Origin: a virus
Lineage: Duplodnaviria; Caudoviricetes
DNA length: 40,600 bases
IMG/VR virus record: IMGVR_UViG_3300017716_000369
Span: 1-40,600 of that record
Reading direction: 5' to 3' (one strand)
The notes beneath the pieces are model-generated. The model worked only from the letters and a program-made list of their open reading frames with translations. It was not told the DNA's origin and searched no databases. The position numbers and the translations under genes were made by a program. The stretch's first letter is position 1. Each line of letters opens with the position of its first letter. Below, piece by piece: positions 34,526 through 40,600 of this stretch.

Positions 34526-34972
34526 TTAACAATTCATCCTGACTATTACACTCAGTCTATCATATACGACCTCTTCTTTATCAAACGGTATCTTATCCAT
34601 AAGCTCGTATAACCTATTACTAGATAACTTCTTAGTTAGCTCGTCTATCTTAAGGTTAAGCATTATGTTCTCATACCTTAAGCTATTAAAATCTGTTTCG
34701 TCTATTTTATCTATAGCATACAATATATTCTTGTACCTATCAGTAAGTTTTCTGTCGTACTTCATCCAATCGTCTATACTATTTAAGCTATGTATTATTG
34801 TGGCGTGGTCCTTATTCACGGTATCTCCAATAGCTTGAAACGTCATATTTAATACATCTCTTAGCAGCTTATAGTATATTGCACGTGCCTCAACAAAGTT
34901 TCTCTTTCTGGAAACTATCTCAACATTAACACCAGTCTCTAACTCTATTATTTTCTTAAATTTCTCTATCAT
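34526..34972 (-). CDS. DnaA C-terminal (domain IV) HTH-like protein
   Basis: SRKRNFVEAR.I..KL.R......FQAIG..VNKDHATIIH matches the DnaA domain IV signature (R.....AR...IG..F.RDHTTV.H); likely start MIEKF at 34972. Confidence 0.75.
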   Translation of the reverse strand: MIEKFKKIIELETGVNVEIVSRKRNFVEARAIYYKLLRDVLNMTFQAIGDTVNKDHATIIHSLNSIDDWMKYDRKLTDRYKNILYAIDKIDETDFNSLRYENIMLNLKIDELTKKLSSNRLYELMDKIPFDKEEVVYDRLSVIVRMNC

Positions 34973-35225
34973 TTGGATATATTTTTCCTTTTGTTGCGTG
35001 GAGGCAGAACGCCTCAAATCCTTGTTTTATTAACTCGTCTATTCGGTACTCTTGTAGTGGCTTTAGCGTATCGTTACCTTCCTTACACTCTATAAATATA
35101 GTCTTACCATCTTTGAAGCAGAACAGATCAGGATAGCCACTAACACTAAGCTTTATAGTGTTGATAACTATCCATCCGTTGGCCTCGTAGTGCTTCTTGG
35201 TTTTAGTTTGAAACTTACTTGCCAT
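34956..35225 (-). CDS. VRR-NUC domain nuclease
   Basis: GYPDL...KDGK..FIECK.....L.PLQEYR...L...GF; PD-(D/E)xK motif. Confidence 0.85.
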   Translation of the reverse strand: MASKFQTKTKKHYEANGWIVINTIKLSVSGYPDLFCFKDGKTIFIECKEGNDTLKPLQEYRIDELIKQGFEAFCLHATKGKIYPNDREI

Positions 35226-35463
35226 CTATAAGTTCTTTACAATCTTTTATAGTATATATACCTTGCTGTGTATTGTCTAATGCATATACTTTTGTATCAT
35301 CTTTGAATTGTTCTCCAAAAGAAGTCAACCACCTAGAAGTACTTCCTCTAAAAAATACAGGCTCAAATATATTTTTTGATATATAAAAATGTAAATCACC
35401 ATCTGAATCAACTAATTTATCATGAGGTATATCTTCTTTTAGTATTCCAAATTTTGTACTCAT
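35215..35463 (-). CDS. hypothetical protein
   Basis: ORF with a likely ATGA-coupled start at 35463. Confidence 0.65.
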   Translation of the reverse strand: MSTKFGILKEDIPHDKLVDSDGDLHFYISKNIFEPVFFRGSTSRWLTSFGEQFKDDTKVYALDNTQQGIYTIKDCKELIDGK

Positions 35464-35927
35464 AACCACTTATTTTTTAAAATTAAATTGTAATAGTCTA
35501 TCGTTTCTTTTGTTCCGTCTTGGTGGTGTGTTGACCAGGTCTGAGGAGCTTCTTTTCTGCACTGTGCAACTCTCTCTGCTGTATCACCTTTAGTTTCTCT
35601 TGTATAATACAGCCAAGACTCCCAGTAGTGGTCTACATCGTATGGTGCAACAAATGTAACCGCTATCTGCCACTTAAGAAATACGAAGCTAATCATTGGG
35701 CTAAACTCGAACCTATAATCATCATACTTTGTCTTCCAACCTAATGATACAAAATCAAACCCTATCTTTCTAGGAACTGGCTTATAGTACCCTTCTTTTT
35801 CTTTATTCTTTACCCACTTTCTAGGCAAGAAGTAAGGAGTTCCTAATGCAATCTTACCGCAATATAAACTTAGTATAGGCGGTTTAAACGGTGAGTAGTA
35901 CGCTCTTAAATAATCAAAGTTTCTCAT
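35460..35927 (-). CDS. hypothetical aromatic-rich protein
   Basis: 155-aa ORF coupled to both neighbours. Confidence 0.7.
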   Translation of the reverse strand: MRNFDYLRAYYSPFKPPILSLYCGKIALGTPYFLPRKWVKNKEKEGYYKPVPRKIGFDFVSLGWKTKYDDYRFEFSPMISFVFLKWQIAVTFVAPYDVDHYWESWLYYTRETKGDTAERVAQCRKEAPQTWSTHHQDGTKETIDYYNLILKNKWL

Positions 35928-36439
35928 TATCTCCAGTGATTATTAAATTGTTCCCACCAAAACGTTAGATCTTCTAGCTCATCATTATAGTACTCTCCAA
36001 CAAAGTCAGACTTAAACTTTGATCCAGAGTTTTCGTATAGCGCTAGCGTCTCTATCTTATTTGTTATACCTAAACCATCTCTTAAGTACTCAATCATAAA
36101 CTTATAATTGGATCCTCTAATAACACCAGCCTCTACTAAAAGGATATTCTTATCCTCTAACTTGTATCTATAAAGATCAAATAAAGACCTTAGCTCCAAT
36201 AGGTATCTATCATCCCAGGTTTGATCTGGGTATGGAACGTCTACACTAAATCCATCACAGATCTCTCCATCATGACTTAATGAGTGCCTTAGTATCTGAC
36301 CTACGATACAGGAGTAGTCACCAGATACTGATACTATCACTGTATTTCCCGCATTAATATCTCTCTCTAACAGCTCTCTACTAAGATCGTAGATTAAAAC
36401 TGTTTCTTGTTTTTGGCTTACTTCAAATTCTGGTCTCAT
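35927..36439 (-). CDS. type I phosphoribosyltransferase-fold protein (atypical PRPP loop)
   Basis: KNILLVEAGVIRGSNY aligns with the VLLVDD...TG.T loop; C-terminal SDFVGEY...LTFWWE resembles xanthine/hypoxanthine PRT tails. Confidence 0.6.
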   Translation of the reverse strand: MRPEFEVSQKQETVLIYDLSRELLERDINAGNTVIVSVSGDYSCIVGQILRHSLSHDGEICDGFSVDVPYPDQTWDDRYLLELRSLFDLYRYKLEDKNILLVEAGVIRGSNYKFMIEYLRDGLGITNKIETLALYENSGSKFKSDFVGEYYNDELEDLTFWWEQFNNHWR

Positions 36440-37655
36440 AATCTTTCTTAAATTGTGAGTTATTATAATTTTCTTTTTTGCTTACTGACTGATATATTTT
36501 TTTATCAATTCCTATACTGCTAAATACAAAGTAAACATCATTCGTTGGTCTATCTTTAAGAGTTAATCTATCAATTGCTTGGATAAAGTTCTTACCGCTA
36601 AATCCAAAGTTCAAAAATACTAAACATTCTGCTTTTGCCAAAGAAAATCCTTCACAACTTGATATTTGCTGACCAACAAAAATCTTATTAGTTACGTTAA
36701 ATTCTTCTAAATCAGTAGTGACCAAGTATTTAAAAACTTCTTTCAGCATATTTAATTCTTCTTTGTAGTAATAAATTATAGCTATTTTCTTACCTTTAAA
36801 GTACTCTTTAATAAACACTGCCTTAGAATCATCTATTGTTTTACTATTGCCGCTTTGGAATTTAATAGTTCCAGAACCTAACTGATGAACTTTCTGTTGC
36901 ATTGCTACTGATGTATCTGCAATAATAACTTCTCCACTTCCTTCTACTATACTGTCTTTTAAAAGCCTATCTATTAATGTTCTTGTAATTGGTTTCATCT
37001 CGCATTCTAAGATATGTTTATTTACTGTTGATACAAATCCACTCTGCTCTTGTGTAAAACGAAGCGTATAAGGATCGATAATTTTATTTACTTCTATCAT
37101 ATTACAGTCTGAATAATCACTTATTAAACCGTACCCTAATTGCTTTTGCTTTATGTTTACGAAGTCTTTAGCCCACTTATAAAAGTTAGTGTACTTACGA
37201 AATGGTGAATAGTCCGAAACTTGGAACTGATGAAATATCTGCGAACCACTCTCAACTGACATTGTGCCACTCAACATAATAATCGGCAAGTGACCAAAAC
37301 GTTTTTTATAAATCTTGTAAAAGTTATTTGGCTTAGGAAATGTTGAAAATAAACCGTGAGCTTCATCAGCCACTACTAAGTCAAAGTCGTTCAAATCAAT
37401 TTTGTGAATAGATTCCTTGTTAATAATGGTTAATCTAAACTCATATCCGAAATCGTCGTAATCACTTTTTATAGAGCTGAATGCCTTTATTTTAGTAATA
37501 AACAATACCTTTTGTGCATTTACTTTCTTACAAGTTTCAAGAGCCGTTAATGTCTTTCCTACCCTTGGCGAAAAGTTTAAGTATACTATCTTCTTATTTA
37601 ATAGTATACCTGCTGCCTGAGTTGAAAGTTCCTCTTGATAAGTCCTCAACTTCAT
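36423..37655 (-). CDS. superfamily 2 (SNF2-like) helicase
   Basis: LRTYQ Q-motif, PRVGKT Walker A, DEAH, LSGT, EGFSL and QAIDR. Confidence 0.88.
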   Translation of the reverse strand: MKLRTYQEELSTQAAGILLNKKIVYLNFSPRVGKTLTALETCKKVNAQKVLFITKIKAFSSIKSDYDDFGYEFRLTIINKESIHKIDLNDFDLVVADEAHGLFSTFPKPNNFYKIYKKRFGHLPIIMLSGTMSVESGSQIFHQFQVSDYSPFRKYTNFYKWAKDFVNIKQKQLGYGLISDYSDCNMIEVNKIIDPYTLRFTQEQSGFVSTVNKHILECEMKPITRTLIDRLLKDSIVEGSGEVIIADTSVAMQQKVHQLGSGTIKFQSGNSKTIDDSKAVFIKEYFKGKKIAIIYYYKEELNMLKEVFKYLVTTDLEEFNVTNKIFVGQQISSCEGFSLAKAECLVFLNFGFSGKNFIQAIDRLTLKDRPTNDVYFVFSSIGIDKKIYQSVSKKENYNNSQFKKDYETRI

Positions 37656-37918
37656 AATAACTCCTTTTTACCTATTTCGTACTTGGTAGGTTCTTCGATT
37701 ATCTTTAGAAGTATCAGTAGTTGACTTGCCTCACTGTAATCAATTTCTTTTTTAAATCCTTGAATAGATAGTCCGTTTCCGTGGTCTTCTATCTGTAGTG
37801 CTATCTCGCCTCTAGTATGGCTTGTCCAACTGCTTGAGTTGCTGTAGTATAGCGTGTGCATTCTGTCTACCTCTTGGTAGTCGTAATCGTGCTGATCATC
37901 AACGAATATTTGCTTCAT
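37652..37918 (-). CDS. hypothetical protein
   Basis: 88-aa ORF overlapping both neighbours. Confidence 0.65.
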   Translation of the reverse strand: MKQIFVDDQHDYDYQEVDRMHTLYYSNSSSWTSHTRGEIALQIEDHGNGLSIQGFKKEIDYSEASQLLILLKIIEEPTKYEIGKKELL

Positions 37919-38156
37919 CTCTTAAATATTTATATACTTTGTTTAATTCCTTAGCTGCTAAATCCTGAGACTTATACAGTACACTTCCTTTTCTTTCTAC
38001 TATATTAACTCTTACTCCGTTTGTATAATAGAAATCCTTACCTTCAGAGGTTATACCTCCCTTACGGATGCATATCCTTGCAAAAGAATGCTCAGGTATA
38101 ATGTATACCTGAAAGTCATTCTCTATGCACCAGTTAAAATCTGAACTGCTCATCAT
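37899..38156 (-). CDS. hypothetical protein
   Basis: ORF overlapping the primase-helicase end; start uncertain (38153-38186). Confidence 0.6.
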   Translation of the reverse strand: MMSSSDFNWCIENDFQVYIIPEHSFARICIRKGGITSEGKDFYYTNGVRVNIVERKGSVLYKSQDLAAKELNKVYKYLRDEANIR

Positions 38157-40548
38157 TTTCTTCTTCTTCATCCTTACTACCAGCATCTTTAAACTTGATC
38201 CATCTGCCTGTGTTGTTACGTCCTTCTAAAGGAGTAACTCCAGTAACAAATAAACCATAGGATACTAACCACTTGTAAAATATGGTACGTGATATAGTCA
38301 TCTTGGCCTTTGGTGCAAAGTCTGGATTGTCTTGGATAAAGTCAAGATAAAGATCTTGCTTATACAGTATCTCTCCCAACGTAATCGTAGGCTTATCATC
38401 CATAAGTCCAACCCACTCGATGAACTCGTGGCAGGTATCAGCTGATAACTTACGGATCTTAAGGTTAACAAACTCACTCTTAACCAACCCTGTAGTCAGG
38501 TATGCCTGAAGGCTCTTGATCATATAGTTGTCAAACTTACACCACTCTCCGTTGTCCCACTCAGTAAATAACAATCTACCGAACTCAACCAACGGAGTAA
38601 ATTCCTTGGTGTAGAACTGCTTAAACTCTAGCTCCCACTTTCGTCTCTCGAACGAGTTTCCCTTACCCTTGATAGCGTAGTTGGTAGTGATAATAATCTT
38701 AGGAGACTTCGCAAATGGGATATGCATCGCATCCTTGTTCTTTCTCTCCAAGGTTATACCCTCTGTAATTACACTGAATAGTCTCTCGAAGTTAAAGTGT
38801 TTCTTAACATCATCAAACGCAAGTACTTGAGTATCAACAGATACTGTCTGGTATGGGAATGAACTATCGAAGTTCACACTCTTACCATCAATGAAGGCTA
38901 ACTTCTTCATCTGAGATATTGCGTTGGTGAATAACCCCTTACCTGTTCCACCCTCTGGGTTGTCTGTAATTACTTCGTCATTTAGAATGACCGCAGGACA
39001 GTAAGATAAATTCTTATATCCGTGCATAAGGAATCCAATCGTGCTCTCAAGAGAGTCAATGCGAGTCTGTTCATCGTTTGATACGTTTGATATAAATGTC
39101 TTGAAGTCACAGTCTGTGATCTCACAAATGTTAAAGTCTCTACTAATAACTTGGTCCGCCCAGATATAACCTCCCAGATCGATATAGTCAATTATGTCGA
39201 TGTTGTCCTTGTCTATACGGACAGCACAGTTCTTGTAATAAAGGTACGCATTGTCCTTATCATCCTCCATAAAATATACATCAACAGAAGATAATAGAGA
39301 TAGAAAGTCCTCCTTAAAGAACCTAGTCTTGTCTGCAAAGTAGTTGTAAACTGATAAGTCATCGATAGTTTGTAAATGGTTAAGTATAAAGTCTTTAATC
39401 TCGTCCTCTGAGGTATGGTCGATGAGGTTGTTGGTTACTCTTACAAAGATATAACTCTTGCCACCGTTTGGCATGTACTTGAAGAATCCATTGTCCTCCA
39501 GAAACTCTCTGAACAGGTAGTGAATGATGCTTATGGCACCCTTGTCTGACTTGCTCCAGTATTTCTGGCTCGCCTCGTCTCTATCGATTGTGTCAATCAC
39601 ATCGTCAATCGCGTTCTCCGATATGTTTAATCCCATTAACTCTGACTTGATTTCTTTCTTAGAGACTCCGCGTTTAATCTTCTGACGAACTTGCGTTAAC
39701 TTATCATCGTCTTCATAAAACTTTGTGCCGAACTTGTGTGTCTGTCTATAGGCCGACTCAATGATCGTCTTTATCTCTTGCATCGGGAAGTCTTGACTAT
39801 CGAACTGTCCCATCACGTACTCTGCCAACGACTTACTTACTCCATAATCATTGAATGCTGAGGCAAGTATGAACACGTTGTTATTACGCTCACCGTCCAC
39901 CAAACCATACTTCCTAGTCCACCACTTCATAAGTATCTCGATGATCTTGTTCTCGTTGGTTATTGGAATGGTTGGTTTAGAGGTTACTCTGTCCATCTCC
40001 ACATACTCGTGCTCTGACAGTGTATTCCATAACTCGCTCGATGTGTTTACATATATCTCTGGATCATATGACTCGTAGCATACTCGTGATATGTTCTTTG
40101 AGGTCTTATCGAAATACTTTGAGTTAAAGTGTTTTTCAAGTGAGTTGAAGTAGTTCTTATGGTTCTCAACATCTCTTGGTATCTTAACAATTACCTTTAG
40201 TCCGTTCCCAGATGGGGAAACAAATACTGAATACGTGTACTTATTCTTTGAAATTACAGCCTTATCAACCTTCATTTCTTTCTCTGTAGTATAACCATCA
40301 AAGTCAAGGCAAATGAACCCTGAGTGCTCTAAAATAGCCTTATCCTCACGCTTTGTAAACTTTCCTGAGAAACATACCGCAGGAAGTTGTTGCTTTAGTA
40401 TATTACGAGTGGACTTATCCTTCTCGTTACGAATACCTTCAACGATGTCTTTAGAGGCTCCGTTGCGTATCCTGTCAAGCATCACGCCAATCGTCTTGAA
40501 GAATGGTGTTGATGTTTGTTTTATATTTTTGAAGATGGTAATTTCCAT
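38134..40548 (-). CDS. primase-helicase (VirE_N/BT4734-like primase domain + PriCT-1 + P-loop helicase)
   Basis: LKQQLPAVCFSG.F, HSGFICLDFD, FVSPSGNGLK, GERNN..F..A, Walker A GGTGKG, Walker B AFDD and IIITTNY. Confidence 0.88.
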   Translation of the reverse strand: MEITIFKNIKQTSTPFFKTIGVMLDRIRNGASKDIVEGIRNEKDKSTRNILKQQLPAVCFSGKFTKREDKAILEHSGFICLDFDGYTTEKEMKVDKAVISKNKYTYSVFVSPSGNGLKVIVKIPRDVENHKNYFNSLEKHFNSKYFDKTSKNISRVCYESYDPEIYVNTSSELWNTLSEHEYVEMDRVTSKPTIPITNENKIIEILMKWWTRKYGLVDGERNNNVFILASAFNDYGVSKSLAEYVMGQFDSQDFPMQEIKTIIESAYRQTHKFGTKFYEDDDKLTQVRQKIKRGVSKKEIKSELMGLNISENAIDDVIDTIDRDEASQKYWSKSDKGAISIIHYLFREFLEDNGFFKYMPNGGKSYIFVRVTNNLIDHTSEDEIKDFILNHLQTIDDLSVYNYFADKTRFFKEDFLSLLSSVDVYFMEDDKDNAYLYYKNCAVRIDKDNIDIIDYIDLGGYIWADQVISRDFNICEITDCDFKTFISNVSNDEQTRIDSLESTIGFLMHGYKNLSYCPAVILNDEVITDNPEGGTGKGLFTNAISQMKKLAFIDGKSVNFDSSFPYQTVSVDTQVLAFDDVKKHFNFERLFSVITEGITLERKNKDAMHIPFAKSPKIIITTNYAIKGKGNSFERRKWELEFKQFYTKEFTPLVEFGRLLFTEWDNGEWCKFDNYMIKSLQAYLTTGLVKSEFVNLKIRKLSADTCHEFIEWVGLMDDKPTITLGEILYKQDLYLDFIQDNPDFAPKAKMTISRTIFYKWLVSYGLFVTGVTPLEGRNNTGRWIKFKDAGSKDEEEENDEQFRF

Positions 40549-40552
40549 AGTT

Positions 40553-40600
40553 TTAAAACGGACATTCCGATTTTTTTGGTTTTATTATTAATTCTTGGTA
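40553..40600 (-). CDS. 3' end of an upstream gene (...YQELIIKPKKSECPF*)
   Basis: Frame is open from the window edge to TAA at 40555-40553, 4 nt before the primase ATG. Confidence 0.4.
   Translation of the reverse strand, partial: YQELIIKPKKSECPF

Noticed and set aside
34973-35017. N-terminal extension of the DnaA-like ORF
   Set aside because: It lies within the VRR-NUC gene; ATG 34972 gives a clean domain start.
32262-40591. Nested ORFs 32262-32483, 38982-39191, 39851-40078 and 40313-40591
   Set aside because: Shadows of the A1-like and primase-helicase genes.
1-40600. Stop-codon reassignment as in some crAss-like phages
   Set aside because: Genes are long and densely packed under the standard code, and TAG and TGA both end genes at coupled junctions.
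1-40600. tRNA, CRISPR array, DGR, intron/intein
   Set aside because: Intergenic gaps are all under about 70 nt. No cloverleaf, spaced repeats, reverse transcriptase or intein splice motifs were seen by eye.

Overview
A 40.6 kb segment of a tailed dsDNA phage genome (Caudoviricetes). It is probably a short-tailed podovirus of a Bacteroidota (Flavobacteriia-like) host, judged by TAnnTTTG -7 promoters, A-rich leaders without Shine-Dalgarno sites, and a head/tail module resembling crAss-related/Cellulophaga-type phages. The + strand arm (1-31287) is the late module, in order: a truncated fibre-like protein, an AT-rich cluster with an unannotated 41-aa peptide overlapping a 4-TM membrane protein, a tandem GroES-like protein, small and large terminase, portal, two small basic proteins, scaffold, major capsid, adaptor/ring proteins, an apparently split P22 gp10-like tail protein, a GNAT-like protein and three probable ejection proteins. 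The last of these is a 2607-aa polyvalent protein with ART-like, SAM-lyase-like and HExxH metallopeptidase modules. The - strand arm (31321-40600) converges on a bidirectional terminator and encodes a primase-helicase, SF2 helicase, atypical phosphoribosyltransferase, VRR-NUC nuclease, DnaA domain IV-like protein, MazG-like protein and a T5 A1-like metallophosphoesterase/nuclease. No tRNA, rRNA, CRISPR array, integrase, DNA polymerase or clear lysin was seen. All calls come from motif recognition by eye; no database search was run.
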